This document shows positions 8,490 through 19,600 of a DNA stretch of 64,000 nucleotides, in pieces. The translations under genes and the position numbers were made by a program. Origin of the DNA: Porphyridium purpureum (Eukaryota); the NCBI GenBank assembly GCA_008690995.1, contig VRMN01000018.1, positions 186,001 to 250,000 of the forward strand. Direction: 5' to 3'. Position 1 is the first letter of the stretch. The number at the start of each line of letters is the position of its first letter. Below the pieces are notes generated by a model. The model was not told the DNA's origin and did not search any database. It saw nothing but the letters and a program-made list of their open reading frames with translations.

Positions 8490-10952
8490 TCATTGCGGTT
8501 CTTCGTCCTTGCTCATTTCATGCTCAGGCTCCTTAGGCTCAGCAAACAAGACGAGCGAAGAGCGCGCATCTAATGATGGTGCAATCTCCCCTCGCCCTTC
8601 AAACAAATTCTCCGTAGGCTTTCGCACAGCTTGCAGGAAGGGTTCTGGTCCTGACTTGGATTTCCGTAACCGCCGTGCAACCCCGCTCAGAGCGCGACCT
8701 AGGATAGAGCTACCGGTGCGGTGGGACATGCTGAAAGACACACCGCGAGAAGTCCTAGCGTCCGCTGGAGTCGAGCTGCCATCGTCTTCCTTTGTAGACG
8801 CCTTTCCTATAGAACCCAGCTTTTTCAACTGCTCACGCATGCTGCCGCCTGCCCTCAGTCCCCCCGATGCTGATCGCTCGTGCACCAAGGAAGGCTTGCC
8901 TGATTCCATGTCCCCGAGGACATGGCCCGACGGCGAGTTGGGCTGTTCGTCGTTAAAGTTTCCCACCAAAAGCCCAGACAGGCCGAGCAAACGAGGTGTG
9001 ATAGGATTGCTGCTGGAAAAGCCGTGATCATCCTGTGACGTTCCTCTTGTGGCTCTCTTCAGGACAGAGTGGCTGCGCGCTGCGCTAAAAAAGCGGTGCT
9101 TGAGAGCGGCGCGCGCACTTGGCCGCCGTCCAGGATCCCGTAGCAGAAGCTGTGACACGAGATCTTTCGCACTGGCCGACACATACACCCACTCGCCCGA
9201 TTCAAAGTCTAGCTCTCCCGACAGCACTTGTTTCATGGTCTCCAAATGGGTACGTCCTTGAAATGGTAGCTCACCCACGAGCAGCTCGGCCATGATCACG
9301 CCCGCGCTCCACGTATCGACTTTGAAGCCATAGTTTTCCGAGCACAAAATTTCTGGCGACGTGTACTCCGGTGTGCCGTACGCGCCGCTTGTGTATCGCT
9401 TTCGCCAAGGGAAACGCTCTGGGAACAAATAGGACATGTTGAAGTCGATAATCTTGAGCGTAGGGAGCGACGCAGCAATGTCGTCCAAATCAACATCGGC
9501 TTCGAGCATGAGATTTTCGGGCTTGATGTCACGATGAATGATCCCATTCGCGCTCAGAAATAAAAGGCCTTCGAACAGCTGCAACATGATGCCCATCACG
9601 GTTTCTTCCGGGATCCGAACGGGCGCTAAGGAGCCCGGACTTTGGCGCCGTACCAGCGCGCTTCTCAAATTCGGACCTTGCAGGTACTCCATCACAAGAA
9701 ACACAGACGGGGTCAGCATGCGCTCTCGCACGGGGTGGAGGCTGCCCGAGGCCTCTGCAGAATATGTGTCTTGCGTGTGCACGACATCGGGCGTACTTGG
9801 AGTCGCGTCCTTTGACCAAGAAGCCACATACCTTTCCAGCTGCGAATCCTGGGAAGAAGAATAATGAACGAGTCGAGGCAGGTCTGGGCTGCATTCGTCG
9901 CAGGACACAAAGTACTCAAGGTACTCCACAATATTGCGATGAGTCAGTTTCTTACGCGCAACTTCTGCCTCGCGCAACATACACTCCATCTCACTGACAA
10001 TCGCCTGCTTTTCAGAGCCGAGCGTGCTGAGGTCAATGCTATTCGACAGGAGGACATTATCCTTCCGGCTCGACCGAGTGGGCGCCATGTCTGAATTTAG
10101 CCCTTTCGAATTCCCCATTACTGCACGAACAATGACTTCCTCGACAGGCACCCCTTGCCAAGTTTTGACGACGACCAAGTCCGAGTGTGCAGTTGCGCGG
10201 CTGCTGGCTGTGGGCGGCGCACTGGCCAGTTTCGCGGTTTCCTTTAGCTCAAGCTCATAGGCAACGCCACCTCCACTACCAGCACCATTGCTGGACGCGT
10301 GCGGGAAAAAGGAATAGCTGTTCAACGGCCGCGCGGTGTAAACACTTCCGTACACGCCTGCGCTAAGGCATTGCTCGAGCTGATACGCGTCCTTGAATCG
10401 CGCGCCTGGTGCCGACTGCCGGAACAAGCTGAACGCTCTGCCAGCCGGGCGCACATTGCTGTTCTGTCGGCTTCCCGTGCTCATGGCCAAGGTCTGTTGT
10501 CCACCAGACGTGCTCAAGCGTGCCACACATTCGCTCGACGCGACATCTGGCGTATTTCCCACGCGCGTCACCGAATGACGGCGACTAGAGCTTCTACTGC
10601 TCATCTGCCTGTGCGATGTGTCTGGGGACCGTACCTTATTTGGCGAGCGCAGCCGTTGGTGAACTGAGGTGTCTAGCGACCTGGCAACGCCAGTTTCCAA
10701 CTCGAAGAAACCCTGCGCGCCTGCCATCTCTTCGTTGCCAATATTATTGTCTCCATACGAAGCAGTGAGGCTCCGCTCCATAGGAATGACCGGCGCTTGC
10801 GCCGCATCCTGCTGAGCGTGCAGCAGTCCGTAGCCGGCGGCTCCCATGTTTGCCGACGAGCTCCTCCGAAACCCCACATTGGCGCCGCGAGCCACAACCG
10901 CGTCCTCGGACGCGGAGGGACGCATGGGCAGTCCGCCCGACACCGCGGCCAT
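8490..10952 (-). CDS. Ser/Thr protein kinase (CAMK-group-like) with large insertions
   Basis: AGVYGSVY, VVVK, HRNIVEY, LVMEY, HRDIKPEN, IIDFN, GTPEYTSPE, DTWSAGVI motifs. Start taken at ATG 10952; an upstream in-frame extension exists. Confidence 0.9.
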   Translation of the reverse strand: MAAVSGGLPMRPSASEDAVVARGANVGFRRSSSANMGAAGYGLLHAQQDAAQAPVIPMERSLTASYGDNNIGNEEMAGAQGFFELETGVARSLDTSVHQRLRSPNKVRSPDTSHRQMSSRSSSRRHSVTRVGNTPDVASSECVARLSTSGGQQTLAMSTGSRQNSNVRPAGRAFSLFRQSAPGARFKDAYQLEQCLSAGVYGSVYTARPLNSYSFFPHASSNGAGSGGGVAYELELKETAKLASAPPTASSRATAHSDLVVVKTWQGVPVEEVIVRAVMGNSKGLNSDMAPTRSSRKDNVLLSNSIDLSTLGSEKQAIVSEMECMLREAEVARKKLTHRNIVEYLEYFVSCDECSPDLPRLVHYSSSQDSQLERYVASWSKDATPSTPDVVHTQDTYSAEASGSLHPVRERMLTPSVFLVMEYLQGPNLRSALVRRQSPGSLAPVRIPEETVMGIMLQLFEGLLFLSANGIIHRDIKPENLMLEADVDLDDIAASLPTLKIIDFNMSYLFPERFPWRKRYTSGAYGTPEYTSPEILCSENYGFKVDTWSAGVIMAELLVGELPFQGRTHLETMKQVLSGELDFESGEWVYVSASAKDLVSQLLLRDPGRRPSARAALKHRFFSAARSHSVLKRATRGTSQDDHGFSSSNPITPRLLGLSGLLVGNFNDEQPNSPSGHVLGDMESGKPSLVHERSASGGLRAGGSMREQLKKLGSIGKASTKEDDGSSTPADARTSRGVSFSMSHRTGSSILGRALSGVARRLRKSKSGPEPFLQAVRKPTENLFEGRGEIAPSLDARSSLVLFAEPKEPEHEMSKDEEPQ

Positions 10953-11437
10953 TCTTTCTCGCGCGGCCGTCCACGTCCGGACAGGCACAGCTCGAGCGCA
11001 CTGTTTGTCGCATGTGAGGCACGAACACGCGCGTCGTCCGCTGGGTGCCCGCACGCACGCGAGCTTTACCGCGACCTTTACCCGCTGCTTGCTCGTGTCC
11101 CACTTGCAGCAACATCGCCGCAAGTACAGTCCAAGCACAATGTACACCCACTGTACCTCATCTACCCTGCAACTGAACCCCGAAGCGGCGCAGCTTGAGA
11201 GGAATCCCGGCAGCCAGCTGACCGCACCAACGTTGGACGCCTTGCCCTTCTTCAGCTGGCACTCGTTCCGTGCCCACAGTCACGATACCCACGCCATACA
11301 CCGAGCCTGATCCGCAGTTTACCTGCTTACCAACACACAGCCTCTTCACACCTTTCGCCACATATTCCTCGAAATTCACTCCCACCATCAATCTCACGTC
11401 CGCAACCAAGTTTCTTATCAGTTACCGGTTACTCGCC

Positions 11438-11533
11438 AGCCGTTAGTCGCTAGCCGTTAGCCGTTACTCGCTAGCCGTTAGTCGCTAGCCGTTAGTCGCT
11501 ACCCGTTAGTCGCTACCCGTTAGTCGTTAGCCG
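11438..11533. repeat. 14-bp tandem repeat (CCGTTAGTCGCTAG) in a divergent intergenic region
   Basis: CCGTTA at 11440, 11454, 11461, 11475, 11489, 11503 and 11517. Confidence 0.95.
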
Positions 11534-11767
11534 GTCACTTTTTAGTGTACACCGGCGCTGACCCACATTTGTGTAGTGTACAGCGATGATGGGGTGGTGG
11601 TGTACAGTTATCACTTCGCAGTAGTGTACAGTTCACGAAAACGCAAGCGGCTGGAGCAGGCGCGGATCGAACAAAGTGGGCGGCTTGAAGGCGAGGTGAA
11701 GATGGGGAAGAGAAAGTCCATGGTGGCGGCAGGGTGGTGGTGGTGAGGTAGGAAAGGGTCTTTGGCG

Positions 11768-12136
11768 ATGAGTCAGCTGCGTCGCTTATTTGGGCGATCG
11801 ACAGGGCTTCGCGTGGCGCTTCGAGGGGACAAGCATGAAGAGGTGTTCAATGAGCCGGGCGGGCGTTTGTTTGGCGAACCGCTGCGGAAGCCCGGTGAGA
11901 AGCGCAAGTGGGACGACTGGGAATTGCCCACGTACGTGTGGATAGTGGGCACCGTGGTCATGTGGTGGGGGTTCAAGCTCGTGCCGAGGGAAGAGTCGTT
12001 CCAGGATTGGGCCCTCGTCGAGGCAAAGGCGCGCCTCAAGGAGCGGGAGGCAAGGCTGGTCGAAAAAAAGAAGGCGCGCGAAGAGACCGAGCGCCAGTCT
12101 ACCTATTTTATGGGCCCGAAGGAAGAACTGGAATAG
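11768..12136 (+). CDS. NDUFB11: Complex I accessory subunit NDUFB11/ESSS
   Basis: Mitochondrial presequence, EPGGRLFGE...KRKWDDWE, a single TM helix, then QDWALVEAKARL; typical ESSS pattern. Confidence 0.8.
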   Translation: MSQLRRLFGRSTGLRVALRGDKHEEVFNEPGGRLFGEPLRKPGEKRKWDDWELPTYVWIVGTVVMWWGFKLVPREESFQDWALVEAKARLKEREARLVEKKKAREETERQSTYFMGPKEELE

Positions 12137-12171
12137 ATCGTACTTTATCGGACTGCGCGGAGCGTTTCGTT

Positions 12172-12933
12172 TTACTCTTCGTTCTCTTCGCTCAAGTAAA
12201 TATCTTCCGGCACATCGCCGACGAGAATCGGTACCAGCACCGCGATTTTGTGCACGAGGATGCCGAGAATGGTCGGCAGAAGGGACAACTCGTCTGGATT
12301 CTTGGCCACAATAAGCAGCGTAATGGCAAAGACGCCGATGCGCGTCGCACTCCCCGAGCTCGCACCACCCGTGCCCTCGCTCGCACTCACAGCGAGACTG
12401 TTCACTGATCGACCCAGCAGGACCGTATAAAGCACGCTGGCGGATGCGCCAAGCCCAAAACTCAGCGCCGCCATCGATCCCGCAAATGCGAACACGCCCG
12501 CGCCACCAAGCGCGCCCAGCGTCATTGTGTCCAGAATCAGCTGCTTCCGGCTCCGGTCGTACGCCTCCAAATCGCGGGCACGCTGGCGCTCCTTGTCCAG
12601 TGCGTTCGAGCTCATCTGCGCCGCACGCCCAAACTTCTTCTCCGCCGACGCAACTGTCACGCTCTTACCCTGGTCTCTCCATGGAGTCGACGCCGACTCT
12701 TCGCGCTGTAGCGCGGCGTAAGCCTCGCGCACCAGTGCCTTGCTGCGCTTCAGTTCTTCGACCTCGTCGTCCGCTTCTTCCGTCGGCTGCGCGCTCTTGT
12801 CATACATTCGGATGCCTCCGCGAGCTCGTCCCGCACATCTCGGCGTTGCCACGCACGACGAGCATGTCGCGCGCAACCCGAGTGCCCCTACTTTACGGCT
12901 GGCCTCCACCCAACCCGAGCCCGCAAACGCCAT
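12172..12933 (-). CDS. Plastid CGL160/ATP synthase protein I-like CF0 assembly factor
   Basis: Transit peptide (MAF...), YDRSRKQLILDT then 4 TM helices with SFGLGASASVLY..LLGRSV. Confidence 0.7.
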   Translation of the reverse strand: MAFAGSGWVEASRKVGALGLRATCSSCVATPRCAGRARGGIRMYDKSAQPTEEADDEVEELKRSKALVREAYAALQREESASTPWRDQGKSVTVASAEKKFGRAAQMSSNALDKERQRARDLEAYDRSRKQLILDTMTLGALGGAGVFAFAGSMAALSFGLGASASVLYTVLLGRSVNSLAVSASEGTGGASSGSATRIGVFAITLLIVAKNPDELSLLPTILGILVHKIAVLVPILVGDVPEDIYLSEENEE

Positions 12934-13005
12934 TCCACGACTTGCTTCGATTGTTCCCGTCCAACTTCCGAGACGACCGGTTTGCGGCGACAGAAAGTGT
13001 CAAGT

Positions 13006-14133
13006 ATGGAGCTTCATCAGGCATTTATATGTGCGGCTTGGACGGTGAGTGCATCCCGTCCGTCCGACCGCGCGAGCATTAGCGACCGCACAACAGTGGG
13101 TATGCGGCAAAGGCTGCCAGCCGATGCCTTGAGCCTGTTTGGCGACGCGAGTACGGTGCGCGCGGAGCGGTTTCTGAACACTTTGAACGTGACGCTGTCA
13201 CGCAGCGAGTCCGGTGGCAAGAAAGGCGCGGAGCTACTGAGAAGGCGTGTGCTGGAGATTCACTACGCAGCGATTGGAGCAGGTAGCAACGAGGTGCATC
13301 GCGTCAAATCGCCGAAAGACAAGATTCCATTGAAGCACTTTCTGTTGGACGTGCCACGTCGCGGCGACGATGAAAGCGAGGCAGAGCATCGAGAAGCGTG
13401 GCAGAAAGCAGAGGACGCACGCGCACGATCAATTACGCTGGATGGTGTGCCCGTCGGAGATTTGGTGCGCCCAATCCATGTCGCGCTCTACAAGCCTGTA
13501 GGCTACGTCTGCTCGCGCACGAGCGAACCAGTGTCGCGCGCGGACACAGATTTGGCGGCTGCAGCGGCCCCCGCTGAAACAATATATTCGCTCTTGCCAG
13601 ACTTTGCCCAACCAGGAAATGAGCGGAACGGGCTCAAAATGCCAATTGCGTCGATCGGGCGTCTGGACAAGATGGCGAGCGGGTTGGTCCTGCTAACACA
13701 AAGCGGTGGATTGAACCATCTCCTCACATCACCTAGCAGGCACGCGCCCAAGTGCTATCGTGTGGAGCTCGCAGATCCGGTTGAGCCGACGGATGCGGCG
13801 AAGATGTGCCAGGCTTTTGAGAGCGGGAGTGTCGAAATCTTGGAACGTGGGAGAGGCGGCCAGGAGCCGTGCAAGCCGGCTCCATGCACGCAGCTTGCAC
13901 GACATGTTTTCGAAGTACTTTTGTACGAAGGAAAGTATCACCAGCTACGGCGCATGTTCGGCTCGTTCGGGCACAAGGTTATAGGCATTCATCGGGAATG
14001 GATTGGAACCAAACACCACAATCTTGCGATGTGGAACCTCCAAAAGCCCGGCGACTGGAGCCTCGCAAGCATTTACGATCTCGCACTGCTTGCCGACGTA
14101 CAAAACGGAGGTCAGCAACCTGACGCCGTCTGA
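13006..14133 (+). CDS. RsuA/RluB/E/F-family pseudouridine synthase, organelle-targeted
   Basis: LYKPVGYVCS, catalytic GRLDKMASGLVLLT, KCYRV, LYEGKYHQLRRMF, IHREWIG motifs. Confidence 0.9.
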   Translation: MELHQAFICAAWTVSASRPSDRASISDRTTVGMRQRLPADALSLFGDASTVRAERFLNTLNVTLSRSESGGKKGAELLRRRVLEIHYAAIGAGSNEVHRVKSPKDKIPLKHFLLDVPRRGDDESEAEHREAWQKAEDARARSITLDGVPVGDLVRPIHVALYKPVGYVCSRTSEPVSRADTDLAAAAAPAETIYSLLPDFAQPGNERNGLKMPIASIGRLDKMASGLVLLTQSGGLNHLLTSPSRHAPKCYRVELADPVEPTDAAKMCQAFESGSVEILERGRGGQEPCKPAPCTQLARHVFEVLLYEGKYHQLRRMFGSFGHKVIGIHREWIGTKHHNLAMWNLQKPGDWSLASIYDLALLADVQNGGQQPDAV

Positions 14134-14390
14134 AACAAGTTTCTGGCAAGGGGCGGAGACGTAGCCTTGTGCATGGATGCGCGTCGCGTTTCACCGTGTC
14201 TATCGCAGGCCTGCATCATTCGCGAGCAAGTTTCGATCAAACTCTTCTTGCATGTACAGTTCACACCCGTTGGTAACTTGCACGAGAGTTCCGAATCTTC
14301 GGCCAGAGACAACGTGATCTGTAGCCGACAGCTCTCGATATTCCGGGAAAATTTAAGCAGCGATCCAAATCGAAACGACCGCACGCAGAG

Positions 14391-15161
14391 CTAACGCTTG
14401 TGTAGCACTACAATAGCGCTAATATCTGACTGGGGTGTCGTACACACCCGCAGCACACACAAATCCTGGTCTAAATATACTACAACAAACGAACCGCACG
14501 TGGCGCTTGATTCTTCGACGTGGACTCGGAAATAGTCTCTATTTTGCTTGCGCAGACGGTACTTTGGCACCGGAGCGGCAACTGGCGCATCAAGTGTCAT
14601 TGTTAAAGCCTTGCTTTCAACGTCAAATTGAAACTCAATGCCCACCTCAGCGGATCGAGCGCCACCGCTCGTGGACGCGCTGGTACATAAATAAGACACG
14701 ATATCAAGCGACGACTGACTGCCACGATCTTCGCTGACTGTCGGATAAAACATGCGCCATCGCCCGTCCAACAAGTCTGGATGCGCCGTGTGATGCAGCC
14801 GAGTTGGCGAGACAGCCGCGAGCTTGTCGACCACACTGGCAATGGCATCTTCATCACGATGCCGTTCAGACGAGGCGCGCTGTTCATTCTGCGGGTCCAC
14901 GAGCGCGATCAAGCTCTTCTTCGCTGCACGGAGCGCCGCGACATACTCCCTCAAGCTCTCGCGATTTCCCGACGCGCCTTTCTGCACTTCAACCGATGCC
15001 TGTGCGTACAACTCGTCCAAACCGATAGCCCGCATATCCACCTTTCTCGTCACGCGCGCGCACGGAGCTGGGCAAGCCACGCTCGCCAATCTCGGCCCGC
15101 GCGCGCGCGCCTTTGCAAGCCCACAGAGCGCCGCATCACACGCAGCCGGAGGAACAAACAT
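14391..15161 (-). CDS. Plastid lipid-associated protein/fibrillin-like
   Basis: Transit peptide; AKKSLIALV, LLDGRWRMFY and VVYLDQDLCVLR match fibrillin/PAP end motifs; divergent. Confidence 0.6.
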   Translation of the reverse strand: MFVPPAACDAALCGLAKARARGPRLASVACPAPCARVTRKVDMRAIGLDELYAQASVEVQKGASGNRESLREYVAALRAAKKSLIALVDPQNEQRASSERHRDEDAIASVVDKLAAVSPTRLHHTAHPDLLDGRWRMFYPTVSEDRGSQSSLDIVSYLCTSASTSGGARSAEVGIEFQFDVESKALTMTLDAPVAAPVPKYRLRKQNRDYFRVHVEESSATCGSFVVVYLDQDLCVLRVCTTPQSDISAIVVLHKR

Positions 15162-15293
15162 GTCGAGAGCGTATGTATGCTTGTGTAAACTTGTGTGTGC
15201 TCGTCTCTTCCTCTACACCATGTGCACCACCTCCACATCCACTTGAGGGTTCTTACACAAACCCTGTATCTAACTCGAGATCGCAGTTATATC

Positions 15294-15301
15294 TAGGGTT
15301 T
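15294..15301 (-). promoter_or_regulatory. Telo-box (AAACCCTA) upstream of RPS8
   Basis: TAGGGTTT on the + strand about 300 bp upstream of the RPS8 ATG; telo-boxes are known from plant ribosomal-protein promoters. Confidence 0.4.
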
Positions 15302-15594
15302 ACTTTCACGGCGTGCGGTACAGTGATCGTCAGCTTGGTTTGCGCGTGCAAGCTTGATATGGAAACCACTGGGGTGTGAACTGTACCATTGACAAAATGG
15401 CTGCTTTTATAGATGGAGGCGACGGCGGCACTCACGACATGGTCGGCGGCTTGGGGAGCAGGGAGACTTATGCGATGCGGGTTGGGTAAGGAAAGGTTTG
15501 GGGACGAGAAGGTGTAGGGGGAAGGAGTTGCGGGCGTGGGAGTGAGGCCCGTGCGTGGTAGGAGGTGGGATCTGGAACGTGTCTGGTTTGAATC

Positions 15595-16212
15595 ATGGGT
15601 ATCAGCCGTGACTCGAAGCACAAGCGCCGCCTGACGGGCGGCAAGCAAGCGTATTATCGCAAGAAGCGAAAGTTCTGCTTGGCTCGGCAGCCGGCGATGA
15701 CCAAGCTGGGCACAAAGTTGGTGCGTCCGGTCCGTGTGCGCGGTGGAAATATCAAGCTGCGTGGCCTCAGGTTAGAGACGGGCAACTTCTCGTGGCCGTC
15801 CGAGGCAGTCTCGCACAAGACGCGCGTGTTGGGTGTGGTTTACAACGCGTCGAACAACGAGTTGGTGCGCACAAATACGCTCGTCAAGGGCGCGATCGTG
15901 CAGATTGACGCGACGCCGTTCAAGACTTGGTACCTGAATCATTACGGACAGGAGCTGGGCAAGAAGAAGACCCCGGAAGAGGTCGGCGAGGTCGAGAAGA
16001 AAAGCGACGCTGTGCTGAAAAAGATTGCGGCGCGAGCTGAGGGACATGTCATGGATCGCACGCTCGCTGAGGAGTTTATGTCGGGGCGATTGTACGCGTG
16101 CGTGAGCTCGCGACCTGGTCAATCTGGCCGATGCGACGGATACATTCTCGAGGGCAAGGAGCTCGAATTTTACAAGAAGCAGTTGATGAAGAAGAAGAAG
16201 TCTGGTAAGTGA
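15595..16212 (+). CDS. RPS8: 40S ribosomal protein S8 (eS8)
   Basis: [17 protein letters not shown]...[13 protein letters not shown]...[20 protein letters not shown]. Confidence 0.99.
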   Translation: MGISRDSKHKRRLTGGKQAYYRKKRKFCLARQPAMTKLGTKLVRPVRVRGGNIKLRGLRLETGNFSWPSEAVSHKTRVLGVVYNASNNELVRTNTLVKGAIVQIDATPFKTWYLNHYGQELGKKKTPEEVGEVEKKSDAVLKKIAARAEGHVMDRTLAEEFMSGRLYACVSSRPGQSGRCDGYILEGKELEFYKKQLMKKKKSGK

Positions 16213-16677
16213 TGGATTCGGCGAGTTGGGTTTAGACTCATACAATCAAATGAAGATTTTCTACTAGCTTATCTCTCGCGCAATATTTTAGACGGCGCTC
16301 TGTTACTACCGGCGGAGCTGCGCGGGCTGTACTTTGCCCCACGAAGAGAGGTGGAAGCTAGACCGCGGAAATCTAGTCATCACTGCCTATCCTCACTCCA
16401 TTCATTCGCCTACCCACACCGAGATCTCAAACAATATGCGATAGCCACTGAAGCCGCTTCAAGTCTTGCTCGCTGGACCAGACAGACGGCAGCGACCCCG
16501 CAGATATTATCACCAGAGACCACATGAAGAGATAAACGAAGACAGCAGGACGTTGGGCAGTACGGCCCAGCGCCTTCTTACCATTAACGAAACAACGTGA
16601 TCTAGTTCCTAACAAAGTGACCTTCGCAGACCCGTCCAGCACTTGGCTGCCGTACGTCATGACACTTCTCCTACATG

Positions 16678-19600
16678 CTAACCTTGTGGACTGTATCGAT
16701 CGCCACGCTGAGGAGTTTTGGCTTCCTCATCAGCACGGTTGCTTGGACTGAACTGCGGGCTTGACGGACTGTACATGGGGGAGCTTGGACTCATGCTGCC
16801 ACCAAAGGCCGGCGATGCTGGACTATACGCTGCCGGCGAACTGGGGCTGTACATCGGCGAGCTCGGACTCTGATTGTACGCGTTCGGAGAACTCGGGCTG
16901 TACATCGGCGAGCTCGGACTCAAGTTACCGCCAAAGGCAGGCGATGCCGGACTATACGCATTCGGTGAGCTCGGACTGTACATGGGCGAGCTCGGACTTC
17001 CACCATACGCATTCGGCGAGCTTGGGCTGTACATAGGTGAGCTTGGACTCCCACCGTATGCATTGGGAGAACTCGGGCTGTACTGCGGCGAGCTCGGACT
17101 CCCACCGTATGCATTGGGAGAACTCGGGCTGTACTGCGGCGAGCTCGGACTCATGTTTCCGCCAAAGGCAGGCGACGCTGGGCTGTAAGCGGCTGGTGAA
17201 CTGGGTGAATACTGCGGACTCGATGGCCCGCCAAAAGCCGGACTGGTTGGACTGAATGCAGCCGGCGACGTTGGGCTGTAGCCCGGGCTCGTCGGACTCA
17301 TACCGCTGCCATAAGCCGGACTCATGCCGCCGCCATAGGCCGGGCTCGTCGCACTCCCGTAATTCATCCCCGCAGCCATGCCAGCGCCAAGCCCTCCCGC
17401 CATATCACTGCTGTACCCGGGATACGATGGATACCCCTGGCCTCCACCACGGACATCCGGTGAAAAGAAGCCATCCTCCGCACTGTCCACGTACGGCGAA
17501 AAGGCATTACCAGCACCGAATCCACTGTACCCGCCGGGCGTCTGGATGCCCTGATAAGACGGGGTCCTCATGACGTCTGGCCCGGGTGTCTGCGGCATCA
17601 TGGGCATCATACCATTTCCGGTCGCTCCCACAACCCCGAACCCTCCGAGCCCCGTGCTGAGTGACGAACCTGCCGCCCCAAACCCGCCGAAGCGATCAAT
17701 GCGTTGGGTCTCCTCAGTGCCCTTGATACCAACTACGTCTGACTCTTGCAAAAACAAACCAAACGAACCGGTCCCGAGATTGGCCAACTGCCCGAGCAGA
17801 ATATTCTCAGACACGCCCCGCAGACGATCTCGCTCGGCATACATTGCGGCGTCCAGAAGAATCTCGGTGGTCTCCTCAAAGGTGGCCCGCATAATGGGAC
17901 CCGTGTCCGCGCGATTGATACCGTGGCGCGTGATAGACATCAGGTGGCCTCGATAAGTCATGACATCGCATAGGATACCAAGGTGGCGGTAGTTGACGTA
18001 CGCACCGTCAAATGAGATCACGTTACGGACCTCGTTGAGCAGCGCTGCGCGCACCGCCTCCACCCCCAATACCTCAAACATCTCCACCACATCGTTCGAC
18101 ATGGTCCGCGTGTGATCTACGTCCTCGTGCGCCATAACAGTCAGCAAGTTCACGCCGTCAGTGTCCAACACCCACTCCTTCCCTGTACAAAAGGCACCCG
18201 TTGACTCATCTATGACCGAGATGTTTGGCTCACGCATGAACACCTTTTTGATGGACGGGATCCCACCAAGCGTAAAGTCACCCAACAGAACTGCTTCGAC
18301 CTTCCGCAAGAACAACTCGTCCATATCAGCCTCATCTAGATCACCAGGCGCCACTACGGCTTGTTCACCGCCATCGCCCATCTCTCCTTCCTCCACGCCG
18401 TCCACGTTTTCCTGCTTATGCAAAGTAGAGGTCTTCGGAAGCCGAATGCGAAGCACAAGATTTTCTGCGTTTTCTTCAGACGACATCACGTGCAAGTCGC
18501 CAGCAAAAACGTCAACAATCTTATTTTTGAGAAGGCGCATACTGAGCTTTCGATCCATGAGGGAAACCTTGCTCACCTCAATGCGAAGTACCCAGGGACT
18601 TAGCTTCGACGCATCTTCATCATCTTCAAACTCATAAAACATGGACACCATTTCCTGATCGGCGCGAATTACCGTGTTCCTGGGGTCTGGATCAAAGAAA
18701 ATCTCGGTGCACTTGACGACATGCACCAGCGTGGTATGCTGCAGTTCTGCCTGGACTTGCTTCGCCTTCTCCGTGTCACGTGCCGCGTGCTCCTTCAGAA
18801 AGACCGTCAGTGAGGGCGTCTTGGGATTCTTAGCAATGTTAATAATTTCCTTCAAGCGGGGCACACCAAGCGTCACGTTCTTGGCTGAGACACCCGCAAA
18901 ATGGAACGTGTTGAGCGTCATTTGTGTTGCAGGCTCACCGATGCTTTGCGCAGCAACCGCACCAATCATCTCACCCGGGTGCACACGAGCATGCGTGAAC
19001 CGATTCTGGATTTCGCCCAAAACCCACTGAAAGGCGACGCGCGACAACCGATGTTTCACGATCAGCTCCTTGGCGCACAACATCGCGCGCAAATGAATAC
19101 GGAAAAGCAATGTTGCATTTTCCTGCGCTTCTTTAGCGAGTACCTGCATATCAGCAAACACTTTCATTCGCCTGGTGAGCGTCACTGCGTCCACGTCGCC
19201 GGGTTCCTCGTCTTCTTCCAGTGCCCAGTTCGGATCTTCTACGTCTTCGCGCGTTTGCTCGTCTACGATGCGCCGCTTTTTGAGGTCTTCAATGATCACG
19301 CACTTTTCGCACAGTGAAGTCACACTGTCAATAACCTCTTTTGGGCTCAGATCCGACACGGCGTTCTGGCCGATGCTAAAGCGACGCTTGGCGTTCCACA
19401 GCACACGATCCACGTTGACAGCGAGCGGCCATTTAGGCTCACCTGACTTGGAGATCTCTTTCCTCAAAATGGCACGATCAAGCTGGAGGCGTTTAAATTC
19501 GGCCTCGCACGCCGCTTTCACTTCTGGATCGTCGCGCAACTCGTCGATCATGTTAGGTGGGAGATAAGGACGGCCGTGGTGCGAGCCGAAATGTGGGTCG

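Noticed and set aside
10953..11147. 65-aa N-terminal extension of the kinase in the ORF track
   Set aside because: Begins at a non-ATG codon and reads like 5' UTR; ATG 10952 preferred.
14112..14384. 90-aa Cys-containing ORF between convergent genes
   Set aside because: Non-ATG start, no motifs; most likely 3' UTR sequence.
16874..17188. Repetitive plus-strand ORF (GELGLY repeats)
   Set aside because: Reverse complement of the RPB1 CTD repeats.
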